The notes below the pieces were generated by a model. That model did not search any database, was not told the DNA's origin, and was given only the letters and a program-made list of their open reading frames with translations. 64,000 nt of DNA. Origin: Lingula anatina (taxonomy: Eukaryota > Animalia > Brachiopoda). The position numbers were made by a program, and so were the translations under genes. How positions within the stretch are numbered: the first letter of the stretch is position 1; every line of letters begins with the position of its first letter. This document shows, piece by piece, positions 13,301-28,300 of this stretch. The DNA lies in the NCBI GenBank assembly GCA_051362555.1, contig CM120640.1, positions 48,648,788 through 48,712,787 of the forward strand. The letters are read 5' to 3'.

Positions 13301-16300
13301 AAATATTCTAATATAACTACTTGCAAATGCCAAATGTGCACCATCTTTAGCAACTTTACCTCTAAATGAACTGTGCCTTTTACGGAAGACTACATTTATC
13401 CAGTAGGTCTCAAAGAAGGCTATATAGCTGGACAACAGGTCATTGGAAAACTGACCTTCCTTTCACATAGAGGTGTACCTCTTCACACATCACTGATTAG
13501 CTAACTTTTAAAACCGCCAAATACTCCAAAAAGCATTGTTTAAATATTAATTGTCTATACGAAACTTACCCAATGGTGTTGACTTCAGTATTTATCTGAT
13601 GTATACAGCTCTTAAACTAAACTCTACATAACAATGTAACACAATCCTTTAAATATTCTTATATTTCACAAAGCTAGTCAAAACCATTCTTGTATACAAA
13701 AAGTTTATTTCACAGTATCAAAGACTCACTGGGTTACTTCCCTGTCAGCTCTAGTGTGCTGGTAATATGGATGGCCCTCTGCATAACAAACTCATGTATG
13801 ATCTTACTAGTCAAGGCTTTCTACACTCCTACTTGTAACCATTGCTTCATCTAGATAAGCTTTCCAGTCTGCCACTTTATCAAGATTCAACTTATGCTTG
13901 GAAATTGCTGTTTAAGAATCCAATTTTGGGTACGATATTTTAATAAAGGAAATATCCTGACCACCTAATTTTTCAAAATTGTCTTTCTTAATTTCATAAA
14001 TTGGACTTTGCTTTTACAACCTTTTCAGCTTTATTTTAAAAAAATCACGCCAGACCTATTTACTTTCTCATCTTCTCTGACCTTACAAAGCATAATGGCT
14101 GAACGACTTTTTTGAGGAAAAAAAAATACAACAAGATAACCTTTGCTGATGCATGGGGCATTTATATGTTTTAAAAAGTCATTATGTGCCTACGTTCTTC
14201 TATCTCAGGCCCTTCAGCTGTTTAAAAAATAGAGGAAGTCACTAAGACATAAAATGGCTTTCAATGACAACCAAATCACAGATAATCATCTAAAATAGAT
14301 GAGACAAAGCGTCAGCTCAATATCCAGAGGTAGTTACTCAATCCATATTATTACTCATTATATCAGTTTTTTTAGAATACTCTTTTTAAAAACCTAATAA
14401 AGCACTCAAAACCTTATATTGAATCTCAAGCCTCATTTACTTTATTGTATTGTAAAGAAGCAGCTCAAACCAAAAAAAAAAAAAAAACTGTGTAAATTTA
14501 AGTTACCATCTTGCTATTTTGTAAGTGTTTAATCATATAGCATTGGTAAAGCAATGAAAGCAGAACACCAAATCAAATATAATCTGATTTCTTAATAACA
14601 GCCTGACCCCCCCCCCCCTTAATCTTCTGATTACTTTTGCCAAAAAGTGTGCAACAACAAAGGTAGCAAAATGTTTTGACTTATAATGTACCTGTGTAAT
14701 AAATTGTGGAATTACTAAATAATAAATGAATGATGCTGGCTTTATCAGTAAAGGCCCAAGTATTGAATTTGGCATGCCTGTAACTGTGCATGTTTATACA
14801 AGAAGAAAATATGTAATTTATGGTATTTTGAATTTAGAATGACCTACAACATGGCCTAATTTCAAATGTATTTTCATTGTAGGAAATATAAAAAGCAAAA
14901 TATTGAGAACACATATTCTGCATGGTCTCCATTTCCGTAAACTTCAGTGCACAACCTTTTTCAAATAAAGTTGAATATTATCAGTTCTCAACAGCAATTC
15001 ATAGTTCTATTACAAAAGCATTCTCATGATTCAAACACTGCTTTAAGCATCATCTGATTTTTAGCACTCTTTAAAAGCATCATACTTTGACTTTTATAAT
15101 GAAATTTATCATGAAGTCACACAGTCAACATCTAAATCTATATGGGTTTTGAAAATTTGATAAACGGTCCTTATCATTTTAAGCCTTAAACTAAGTCTCC
15201 AAACAAGTCCATACAGATTGATTAGCATAAAAGACTTACAATACCATTAAGTACCTGAGTTGACATGCAGAGACATTCCAATGTTACTTACCCAATCTGT
15301 TTATATAAAGAAATATCTAATCAATACAGGCAAGAAAGCTTTTACTTAATGAGGTCTACTGGTACCCACGCCTTGATGTAAAAGTGTATGTTTAATATAT
15401 GTGTAGGATACTGCCATTCATGCAACATTAACTCATGCCCATTTCTTGAACACTTTACATCAGTAATGTTAATTTAACATGTTTATATAGATCTTAACCA
15501 AAGGAAAAAGAGAGACTTAAATGTTAACAATGTGTCTAAAACACAGGTGCATAGTCTGTCTCACAGTTGCCTTAAATTACCCTGGGTGCATTCCTAAACT
15601 CCCACCTGAGCTTGAACCTAGCTTGAAAAATAAAGTATGAACACAAAAATTTATCCCATGTCTCAATTCAGACAAAGAAATGAAATTATTCTTGCAATTC
15701 CAGCTTACCTCTTCACTACAGTGAACTGCAATCCATGACCCTGCCTCACTGATTCAAGCCTCACCCAAATGTTAACATCCTTTGATAATTCTTCAATCGT
15801 GTACAGTTAAGTTTATAATGTCCCTATTTTATACTTTCCATAATATAATAAAAGTTGCTGTTGAACCTTCCTTTAGCACAAATAGGTGTGCTCACATGAT
15901 AAGTATGCCTAACCAAACAAGATGCCCATTCATGCATGTGAGCAATTATGATCTGGGAACTAAAATCAACACTAAGTATTGATTGTATTGAAAATGGGGA
16001 TTTTAGTTGGCCAACAGATAGCAGCACTATATAGCATGGCCCCAAAGTCAATTATTTTCCACCCTAGGTGCCTTGAATGCAGGAAATGAGCCAATGAATC
16101 AAACCCATGCAGTTTAGCTTAGGGAAATTTTACATAAATACTGAACTTTTCTATAATTATGTGTTATTAAATTGCCCCAAAGTCTTAAGATATTATTTAG
16201 TTGCTTGATAAATTTACAAACAGACAAGTTTGATAGCTTAAACCCTGGTTTCTATTGTAAAAAATAATTGCATGGGTATTTGTTAAAAGTGTATTGGATT

Positions 16301-19300
16301 CTATATATATTTTTCAAATTGCCTCTGGCAGCTGCATGAAATGACTCACAGTCAATTTACATAAAATAATCCTTTATTAGGTGGTACTTCAAACAGATCC
16401 TTTAATAGGTGGTACTTCAAACAGATAGTGATATTTATCACAAGAATTTCATTCAAATGGTCTTTAAGTTAGTAGTAAATATGTTCAGTGAAAAACTATG
16501 TTCTAACTACACTATTAATACCCAGAGTAGAAATGCAATGAATGTTAAGTTACTAATCTGATTAGCCTGGTTTTTTAAGCTGCATTGAGCTGTATTTTAA
16601 TCCTATGAATCATTTAGGTAAATTTTAAAATGAATATACGATAGTACACAAAATATGTTTTTGTCAATAATGAAACTATAAAAATTTAAATCTCATTTTA
16701 TTTAATGCTTAACAACACAATCACCATCAATTTTTGATCATGTACTACTGTGGCTATGGACATTCAGCAAATGCAACTTGCACAGGGCTTAAGACCAATG
16801 GGAAATCAAAGCCTCATAAGTGCCAATTTGTGAAAAACTTCATAACTTCACAACTTCAAGAAAAATATGGCCACTGTGATGTCAGGCACAGATGATAGAT
16901 TACAATATGTTGAGAAACACAGAATGTCGGTAAAGAAATGGTATACTTCTACAGAACTTTTTACACTAGATGTTTTCTTGCAACTATATGAATGTTTTCT
17001 TGCAACAGTATGAAAAACTAAACGACATATCCAAACTTTATCAAAACATTGCTTTCATGTAAATGGCAAATTCAGCTTAACTTCATATTCATTTAAAAAA
17101 AAACACAAAGTTGAACACAAATTTGCCATTAATGAATTGTCACTTGAAGCTAATAATATAGTTTTGTTGAAAAATATATACTCTACACATTCCCATTACA
17201 ATAATGCAATATGACTTGTTTTCATACTTGAGATTTGCAAAAGTCAATGTTGTGATCAATCTTACCATGACAGTGACACAGTGTGAAGCTAAATGAAACA
17301 GTTCTATAAATTCCAAATGTAGGCAAAAGAAAAAACAGGGATGCATCAAACTGCGTAAGAAGGGACAGGAAATTAATATCAGATAGATGGAACTTCTGTA
17401 CAACTGAACTGCAAATGTTTTACTAACTATTGAGTCAAAACCTAAAAAATTATGTTTGGTAATAAAACATGTTTTTTCAACCCAACATATTTTGCACAAT
17501 GCCAAATAATCATAAACATATTAACTTGCTTAATTTTGACAATAAAAAATCTTCCAATGCCTATCAGAATTATCTTATTGAAGAGTCCCAATGGAACTGA
17601 CTGGCAATTGTGAGATAAGATGACCTGACAGCTTTGAGTCATCAGACAGACAGACGGACAGACAGACAGACAGATATAAAAAACATAGCACCTAACATCA
17701 TACTGGAGTACACAAGCAACTTACAAAGACTAGCTGGTCTCCTCCCTGCTGTAGAGCCTCCTCCTGTGTTTTGACACTGTCCCACTGCTGGTTGAGTGAT
17801 TGCACTTCCTCCCCAGTCAGGTCAGGAATGGAACACCACAGTTCATCCTCATCCAGAGACACTGAAAATACACACTTTAACTGCAGATGTACTTAAATAA
17901 ACTAGAAAGTTTCACAGTGTTTTTTTTTTCTCCTACATCCAGAAATATAACTCAATCCAATATAAATGCTGCACATCTCTTGTCGGTTTTAAGAACAACA
18001 ACTAACCTGTCCAGAGGTTTCAAAACTATAAGTTACCACAAATAACAATATTTATAGTTTTCCACTCTTGGTGTATCTTATTTTAATTCTAAAAAATATT
18101 TTACTAATCTGAAAACCACACCAGGCCAAAGTTATACAGCAAATGGTTAGACAAAATTTTTATCTGCCTGGCAAAGAGCATTTGATTTTCAACAAACCTG
18201 GCACTGTTTTAAACACAGTGTCCTCTTCCCCAAACACATCATCTGGTGTAGTTAGAGCCTCTCTAGGAGCCCACGTATTCACAAAATTGTCATCAAAACC
18301 ATAATCATTGCACACTTGTCCTTTGCTTGCGCCGCCCCATGTTTCCTCTGCTTCTGCTTGTTTGCGCAGGTTGAAAATATCTTCTCCTTTTATTCTGGGC
18401 TTTTCAAAACTGACTTTGTCGAAAGGATCAAAAACAAAGGGGATCTCCACTTTCCTTTCACTGACAGGGAGTTCCGTTCCATTTTCTTTTGCTTCTGCAA
18501 AGTTATAGAAAGCACAATTGTTTAATGTGATCAATCCTTCATTCTGTGACAATCAAAAGTAAGCCGAATGCAAAGGCTCTTTTCCATTTGTTTCATATTG
18601 CAGCAAGTACTAAGACATTTTCTTTTGCTTCAAAGATGAAATAAAAGCATGGAGAAATCATGAAAATACCTTTTGCACCATCTACTTGTTAACTGTTTTA
18701 TCAAAATACTCTAATAGGTGTTATCATAAGCAAAATGTTATGATAATATCTGTTGGGTTTCTTTATAGAGTTACACTTTTTTTCTATGCCGTTGTGATAA
18801 AATGAAGAGTACAATATTGTGAAATACATGTAGGTTCTCTTTGGACCTCACCTTTCCTTTGCTCATACAATTGGTGGAAGGGGTCAAGGTCATGAACAAC
18901 TTTGTGCTCCTTGGACAAAGATAGCATCTGCAATGGCAAAAGTAATGTCTGCAGGTTACGAAGAGCAAATAATTTCACTGAAACAGAAGATTAAATGTTA
19001 ACCTTAGGAATGTTTTTCGGTATTTAATTATAAAACTAAAATCCAGAAACCTTTTACCCTAGACTTAGCATGGTAGATTGCCATGCATATCTCACTCCAA
19101 AAATCATATGAGGTACAAAAGAAACAGATAAATGACATTACTGATGCCAAACAAATAAATCTAGTTGGAGTTCTAGATACACTGTTAGGGGCTGATATCC
19201 TATTCTACACTGTAACAGGTTAGGTGCCCAATTATACACTTTTAAAAACTAGGTTCTGGCTTGTGTGCCTAAATCAAGTTTTCTTAACAATGACAAACTG

Positions 19301-22300
19301 CACTCGAATTTTTTCCTTCTTAGCTAAAATTACTGTTGATTATTTGGTGTTTTGACATTTGAAAACCTATTTAGAACAAAACAATTCCAAATCCCAATCA
19401 ACACAAGCTGAAGAACAGAAATCTTACTAGATTAATACATGCCCCAAATGACTGCCAAATTGACATCCAATCATGGCAGTATATATGCATCTCTCTCAGT
19501 TTGTGCTCAATTACATTACAAGACAACTCGAAGTGACAACAGACCTATGGATGGTTGCTGATATGTTATTACTTTCCAGAAAATTGGCAGGAAATATTTG
19601 CAATATATCTGACCAAACAGCTTGATGAGCTAATAACATGTTATGCTACTGGCCAGGGTTAAGTTCAGAAAAAAATTCAATGTTTTGTGTATTTTTGTAC
19701 AAAATAAATTGGAAGCAGTTTACTTAAAAATTGATATTTATCTTAAAAAAATGTTATGGTTATTGACCATGCAGTTACTTCCTCTACAGATGGCGTGAAA
19801 CAGATCAAAGTTCTACTTTCAATTTCAGAGCTGAGAACAAGTTTCAACTTAGGTTTTATGTGAGATATATCCCAATTGTAACAATATCCTTATTTTTCAT
19901 TAGGCTCTGGTTTATAAAAACAGCTGGGTGTCTTCCTCAGAGCCCTCCTGAAATATAATCATCTTTATAAATAAAACCCATTGCCTTGGACTTGTGTCAT
20001 TGCATCATATTTTATCTACTGCAGCTAGCTGTTTCCTAATCTCACCAGTTTTTCCAAAAAATCACTGTTGGTGATATTATATAATATAGAACAAATTTAC
20101 GGCATAATTCTAACATGTTAATGTGAAGCAGAACATGTTGCATTACAAAGGTCTCACCTAACACATTTCATTTTTTTTAAATTAGACAACAGACTGCTTT
20201 TTAGTTGTGTTACCAGAGGCTTAAATCCTTTGCTGACCTCAGGCGACAGTCTAGCCCATTATCATACATTAAATTACTAGACAATTAAATGAGGCATTTA
20301 TATAGGTCCCTGAAAATCTGCATATTTGTTAATATGCTCTATTTCTTCTTTGTAAATTCACTTTGATCAAGAGTCATACTTATACTGAGTGTCTGACAAA
20401 CAACTGATTTTGACTTAGCATATTTTTTGGATGGTAAATCATCAAAATTGTTCTTATGTTTTTAATAGCATACATGTACACCTTACATAATAAGCACAAG
20501 CTAGAGTGTGTATCTATTAAGAACAAAGGAAAAATTAAGATTAAACCCCCATAATGTCCCTAAACTAAACTGTGATGCAGTATCATAAGAAGATTTCTAG
20601 TTTCTTCACTGCAATATTTCATAACAGACAGCTAAGCTGTTTAACAACAATGATAGAATATTACACTAAGAGAGCTATTGTTTCAGTTTATTAAAACAGC
20701 TAGCTCACCTGTCTGACTCGCTTAGCCTCTGCTTCCTGCTTGTTTACTTCTGCTGACAGCTTCTGCTCATCTAAGATTATTTTCACTGTTTGCTGTCGAA
20801 CCTTCTCATGTTCCTTCTTTAATCTAAAAAAGTAAGTGAAGTGATGAGGTCATCACAACTGCTATAAATAATTTTTCTAAATAGTTTGAATTGATTTCTG
20901 CAGTTCATGTTTGAGATTTTACATACACACAAGATATAATAATTACCTAGAAAATAAAAGTCAAAATTTGCTACTTAACAAAAACAATACTACTACCCCC
21001 CCCCCCTCCTCATTTCAGCAAAAATTTGCAAAGCAGCACATTTTGTCTTCTAACATTTAAAAGCAGTACCATGTGTATTTACTCTACACCAGCACGAGCA
21101 GTTAAGACCACATGGAAGGGTATAACTGCTTAACAAAAGATGATATTGATTTCACACCAGTAATGAAGAAAAAACACTTTGTTGCCTTGCTATTGATTTC
21201 TGCATTGATTAAATCAATAATACCTTTAGTTATGGTAGACATAATTAGCTCGGCAGAATGTCTGAATAAATATAAACCTTCTCAACCTGCTTCCCACAAT
21301 CTGTAGTATGATTGCAAAGAATGAATCACTGATATCACAGCTATCGACAGCAACTATCTGTGATAGCTGTGAGTACATTTTTTTTATTTCTATTCAGGCA
21401 AACATATTAGTGTAAACATTTATATTTGTATGGAGATAGGCCTGTACATGCACAGCATAATGGAATTTCCAACTATTTACTTTCATATATATACAGACAC
21501 CTGCTCCTAATGAAACCAAACAAATACCTGGCTGCAACTGCCTCCAATTTTTTCACCTTGTCCTGCTCATCCTGGAGTTTTTCCTGAAATCCACCTGTAC
21601 CCTCTGAGCTACTTGAGGCTTTGAATAATTTGTGCTGAAAGAAAAAAAAACACCCTAAATTTTGGGAACAGGTAGTGATTCTCGGTCTAATTTTGATAGT
21701 CTTAGCATGGGACAGACAGTGACCAACTAATTAGTAGATAATGGCCCTGGGTCACACAGTTACAGGTATGTTGTACATGATGAAAACAATCTAGAGAGCA
21801 CCCATTATATAATCACCATAGATTTCAATATGCCTGGAGCAGTGACCCTTGTGTCCTCCTTGACTGGGCTCTTACTCTGGCATTCTGCTTCTTCTGACTA
21901 ATAAATTTTTAGTTAAAGAATGAATGGACAGCTGGTGAAAAATACTTACTTAATGATAATATAGCCGAGACATAATAATAATAATATAGCTAAGACATAT
22001 ATCACAGTTGATGTCCACAACATGCAAGCTTGTGTCCAGTGTCAGGTCAGATGACACTGTGTGACCTGTGGGGAGTCCAGCACCCTGTGTGTCTGGATGA
22101 CTATCCTCATACAAACACATAGAATTGATATTAAAGAGGCCAGAAGAAGTTCTCTTATATACAGGGTACTGGACATCAAATTAGCACTGGTTGATTTGTC
22201 ACTGCAGAGTAGTGTTCATGCAACTGAAATGTACTACTTACTGGTACATGTGGTCTTTGTTTAACAGCAACAGTATGAGAAGACCTTTCTAAAACTTATT

Positions 22301-25300
22301 ATTAACAAGTTATGGATTCTCATGCATTATAATAATTTTTGGTCCCTTTGATTCAAAACTTGTGAAGAATGGTGTTCAGGAAGACATTGTTAAAGATTCC
22401 AAGAAAAGTGGCATTTTCACAACATAACCAGTTGACTAACTCAGTTAGACTTACTAGAGTACATGATGTACTGTATTTCAGCCAAAAGGAACATTGCAGC
22501 AAATTTCAACTATTAAAACAGAATGCTAATTTTAAAGTTATGGTGAAAAATAAAGAAATACTTGCAGGTATAGAAATACAGCAAACAGTGAAATGACATT
22601 ATTTTGTAAAAAAAACTAGATTATGTTAATCTTGATCTGTAGTTAAAAATACCAAACCTACAAGTAGACTTCAAATAAAACAAATGTAGAGTCTGGCAGT
22701 TATAGCACAACAGAGATTGCTGTCTGGTGTGACAGCAATGGCATCCATCAGCTACAATGACAACATGAATAGATTCTAATGATCAGAATACAGTAAACAA
22801 AGACGCTTTAACTGCCTGTATGTAAAAAGAAGGGTCATTTTGTTCTATTATGACACTGCAGATATTTTATGTTTTCCTATTTTTTTTTTGACAAAATATC
22901 TTAAATAATTTTACATTTACATGGCATTGTAATTACCTTTTGTATGGCAAGTCGGACTTTCTCTTTCTTTAGCTCCACTCTCTTGTTCTCTCGTTCAGCT
23001 TGTGCCTTCCTTCTTTCCTGGAAAACCCAGTCAAACAGTTTTTTTATACTACTGGGCATTTCTGCAAATACTATACTCCAGAGTTTAATCCTGCCGAGCT
23101 GCTTGGTCTCCTGTTGTCAAATTAGTCATTACATTTCAGACAGCCAAGATAACGGTATCACATGGGTGCTCTGATCAGGAGTGCATCCTGAGGGAGAGTG
23201 CAGCAATTTCAATAGGTACTTTATACATCCCAAAGGAATGCCAAAATAAAGCACATTTGTCATTCCCAGTATTTTAGCCTTTGTAAATGAGATCTTTTGG
23301 CTAATGTTCATGACAAAAGAGCACTTTTAGGAGATGAAGTGTGTAACTGCTCGTAGGTTTGCAATAAGGTTTTAGAAATCAGCTCTTTGCAAAAGTTGAC
23401 AAAATTTTATGGGGAAAGTTCAGAAATGCAGTCCATGTCAGCCATTATTCCTTTACATGCAAACCATTCTGTTTGACAAAACTTGACAACCATAGGTAAT
23501 AAACTTTGTGGTCTTCAATACCAATGCAGCAGAGACGACAGATGATGATTGTAATATACAGAACACCTAGTACATAATCATATTCATACAGCTGAACATG
23601 ATAACAAATATATATCTATGCACATGTATACAGACAAGTTCAGTCACCAGTAGAATACAAGTAGAACTTTTTCAACAGTCCACATATTGCTATTGCCTGC
23701 AGCACTGCGGTTCATGCTAAACCATTGCCAATTGTGCACACACCCCGACACTGAGATACAGGTGAACCCCTTGTAAATAACAGTGCTATGAATATAAAAC
23801 TATGTCACCCAGCTCAGTATGAACTTTGACCCAACCCTTGGAGAGAGCAAAAACTATTTTTTATGAGTTCAGCCAATAGCCAAAAACTGAAACGCTCCAG
23901 AATACAGATCAGGGCTGATAATTATGATGTTCACATGTGCATATAACCATGAGGAACCAGAATAATTACCTTTAATATTTTTGTGATGAGCAAAGTTAAT
24001 AGCTTCCCTATTCTCTAAATTCCCAAAATATCACATTTTAGACCAATGCTTACTATGTTCAAGCTTTCATTCCTAAAAAATTCAGTTCTTTAGAAACTTT
24101 TTATCTATGCCAAAATAAACATCATTCTATACACAAGATAATAAAAAATGCCAACAATGGCACTTTAAATTCTATACCTGAGCAGGCACAATGAACATAA
24201 TTCTAGGACCTTCTTTTGATCCTGAAAGGGTATACTTCATTTTTTAAAAAGAAATTTTAAGTATTTGCCCAAGTAGCATGCCCTACATACAATCTCAATA
24301 GAGATATCACCTCACCTTCAGTGCCATCAGACTTGTTTTCTGTTTTTCCATCACAGCCAATCTGAAATGATAAAACATGTTATGCACAATGTGTTCCTTA
24401 CACACATGCATTCATCTCTGTATTGTATAAATACTAACAAAAGAAAAAGATTCCCGCAGGCTATCAAATAACAACAATATGAGATATAATTACCTGACAG
24501 AGGTTTGAAAGGGACACAACTGATACTGTAACTAAAAGGTAAATCAACACAAAAAAAGTTACATATTTCTACATCTAACTCTATGACGATATTGAAGGAC
24601 ATAAATATAAAACTAGATTATCATTACTCTAAAAAATATTTGTTAGTCTGGAAGAGGTTCATTGTTAACTTTCCCAGGTAAAACGAGACAGTACAATAAA
24701 ATGCCACACTCCATTTCAACAAAACATTACATGGGTAACGCAAAGTGCAGCATGGAGACTTAACTCTCATATGACAACTGCTGTTAACTGGTGAGATTAA
24801 TGTCAGGAGATGTCCAGGGACAAATGCTCAAAAATGCACAAAAACCATTTCTTTACAGCATCATTCGATTAGTTTGAGATAATAGTCATTTTTTAAGTGA
24901 TCAGAAAGTTAAACATTGTTAGTTTGTCTTATGACACAATTATTTCTTTTTGCATAAATCAGTGAAGATTTATAAATCAAAATGATATAAACAATTAAGT
25001 GCATTATTATTATGAATCAAGAAGCCAAAGGTGTCTACTTGACAACACATCAGGTGGTGAACATCTCAAAACCTTCATGAAATACATGCTTTAAATTAGT
25101 ACTGTCTTTTTCAACATTCCTTATGGTTGATCTGGTTACCAAGACAAACAGCAAGAATGACACTGAAGAATTTTAAAATGTGCAGAGAGGGATTGGTTCT
25201 TTACATACACTCATGACACTTTGTACATATTATTAATACTTACTTTTTGCACAATTCAAAATACAAAGTTTAATCCTTTTTTTTTTTGTAATATGCAGCC

Positions 25301-28300
25301 AAATAATATGTTTGGACTACCAATTTTCGCAGCAGATAGCTGGTAGGTAGTACATATGCCAATGTTTCTTCATGCATATATTTTTCTAACGAATGTCATA
25401 GCAAAGTTTGCCAAGTGTATCCAAAATCTCATGTATGGCAAATATGTCATAAGTTCTCATAACATTTCTCTTTAAAACAAAAAAAATTATGTCAGCTATG
25501 TAAACACAAAATTGTTAATAGTACACTGCACCAAGTGTTGTTCAAAGGGGAGACCACTTGGGGCAAAGGTTTTTTTTTTTTTTGCCAGTTGTGAGAAGTG
25601 TTCATAAAACACATTATTAAGTAATACTAACTCGATTACACTGTACTATTCACCACAAATTACACAGAATGTATGAACATGCGCCATCACAAAGACATAG
25701 TATGACATGCCCATGCATACAAGTTTTTCATAACATACAAAACAACTCAAGCAACATAACTTGATTTAACATCAACATATAATCTTGATAAATACATATT
25801 GCTATTATCTGACATAGAATCTATTTCCAACTGTCAGAAAAAGAGCACACATCCTCAGTATTGCCAGAATAACCACATTCTACAATATAACACACAGTTT
25901 AAAGTTGGTTATACTGCTCTTTTTGAAATAGGCTGACAAAGTTCCATTTATTCAATGGTTTATGATAACACTACTTATTCAAATTCCATATTCTCTTTGG
26001 TTTATTGGATGAAATGGTTAGTATCTAAATTGTTAGTATTTAGTAATTGTGCAGGAAGCAACTGGTAATATTGCTACAGTTACACAGATAGGAAACAGAT
26101 GATATTCCAAAACCAAAAATGTGTTTGAGTGCATTTACAGGGCTATGCCTTTGGATCACTTACCTTGGTGTAGATGGAGGTGGATGTTAGCTAGCTTAGG
26201 GAGAAAATGAGCAAACACAATGGAGAGCTGGAAGAAGCTATCAGACTAACCTGTGAGTTAAAATGCACTAAGTCTCCCACATTGGTAGTAGTAGTAGAAC
26301 AGATACCACATCGAAGAAAACAAAGGACACGAGGAGGAGTGCTGGAAAGACCCTGGAGGAAAAGAGATGTGTGTGTGTGTGTGTGTTTGTGTGTGCACGC
26401 ACAACTATTTCAAGCAAAGTTATGAGTGCTGCAATGAAAATGATTTTGTTAAAGCAGCTACTTCAACAAATTGCTCTCAAAAAGCATCTACAAAAAGAAT
26501 GTGATGATATGAAGTTTATATTTAGTTAATAAAACGTCATGAATTTGGACTTTTTCTTTCTGTTTAAATTAACTACACTTAGTAAATTAAACCACTCAAA
26601 ATAAATATCATTTTGTATTTATTTTCACCATTTTGTATACTTATTGGTTAAGAATTAAGTATAAGTTTGAAAAGAATGTAGTTTGTATTATACAAGTAAA
26701 AAGTCTTTGAACAAAGTGAACAAAGCAGAGATAAAAGTCTGAACACAGCCTTACTCCTTTCTTGTCAAAGTTGTAAATGGTCTAGGCAGAGGGAAGGATT
26801 TTCTGTATTCCCCTTACTAGTAACAAAGCAAGTTTAACCACTAATTTATTTTTATTCAACATACATTTGCAAGGTTTGAGATTACTTTAACTTTTTTGAT
26901 GCAAAACACACAAGAAAGGTATGTTCATGAAATTTTGTTTAGCATGAACAAAATCAAACAAATATTTTGAGAGTTCATTGTTTTCAAATGCATGGCTGTG
27001 CTCAAGTTTACTTTATGCAATTAGAGAAATTAACAAAAATGCACCAAAATCTGTTAAATGGAGTACTTGTTCACCATTAAGTGTTTGGATAAATTATGCT
27101 TTTGTTCATGATAAGTAATGTTATTGTTTAAATTCAGTATTAAATAAAATTCTATGTAATCTTGGCAACCAAAAAAAAAAAAAAATTGTTTGCATGGTAA
27201 AGCTTACTTTGACAAGAAAGGTGGTCAAGATAACTTTTAAATAAAAAAGTCTCATGCACAGTAGATAACTTTTAATATTAAACCATAACCTAGTTCATCG
27301 CATACCTGTAAAATATTTGTCTAAAATTATTCCATATCAAAAGGAAATATGTGTTTGTCCCCAATTTCCTGAACATTAACCAAAACAAACTACAATGTGA
27401 TAGTATTTGTAGTTTTGAACTTGTATTAATTCAGAAAATTTCTACAAAATTCAAGAAATCATGATGGTGAATATAATGGTAAATATGTATGTAATATATT
27501 TATTTATAGAATTCTTTCACACGTTACCCAACACCAAGTTACAAACATCAGAGTGCATTTCTATATGCAACAGTATTCAATGGCCTACAAAGCAATATAC
27601 ATTTAGCACCTTTACTACCATTCTATGAGCCATAATTTCTAAACATTTAAAATGGATATTTAAGAATTACCATGAAAATATTTAGTGCAGTGAACAAAAC
27701 TAAAAAGTAAATATTTAATACAATTTCTATAGTCTTCGGTTAGGCTCAGGTCTATTTCTTATATCTAACTTTACATTTAAAACCAAGTAATTAAAAAAAC
27801 TCGAGATTACCTCCTGTTTTTCGACAGCAGAGTTCCAGGTAGAGCTTTTGCAGGTGCCAGAGAGAGAAAATCCACAGGTCCTTCAATCTTGTTACCTAAA
27901 ATCATGAACCAAATATCGTGATTATTATTGTTACCAAGTGTTCTCCTGGCATGTCTTAGTGCCAACAGCCATCAGCCTTACTGATAAGCTAGAAGGAAAA
28001 CAGCCACAATATACCTGTTAACAGAAATAAACTTCCTTCAATAAACACTTTCATCAATGTGTGAAATATACTGATTGAACATGACAGTGAAATGGCTCTT
28101 TAGCTTTCACAACCACTGAAATCACCATCTGCATTTGTACAAAATCAGAATATTTACCAAATGATCTGCGAGTTGTATAAGACAAATCATCATGTGATCT
28201 TATAATGCACAGTGAGGAGCTCTCTGTCGGATCAAAATTAGTGCCTGTTTCCATGGTGACAAACTATATGCTTATATATAAAACTGTGAGATCTCATATA

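Noticed and set aside
24178-24231. Exon-like segment with AG/GT ends (DQKKVLELCSLCLL)
   Set aside because: Would break the frame between exons 24361-24316 and 23017-22937, which join cleanly.
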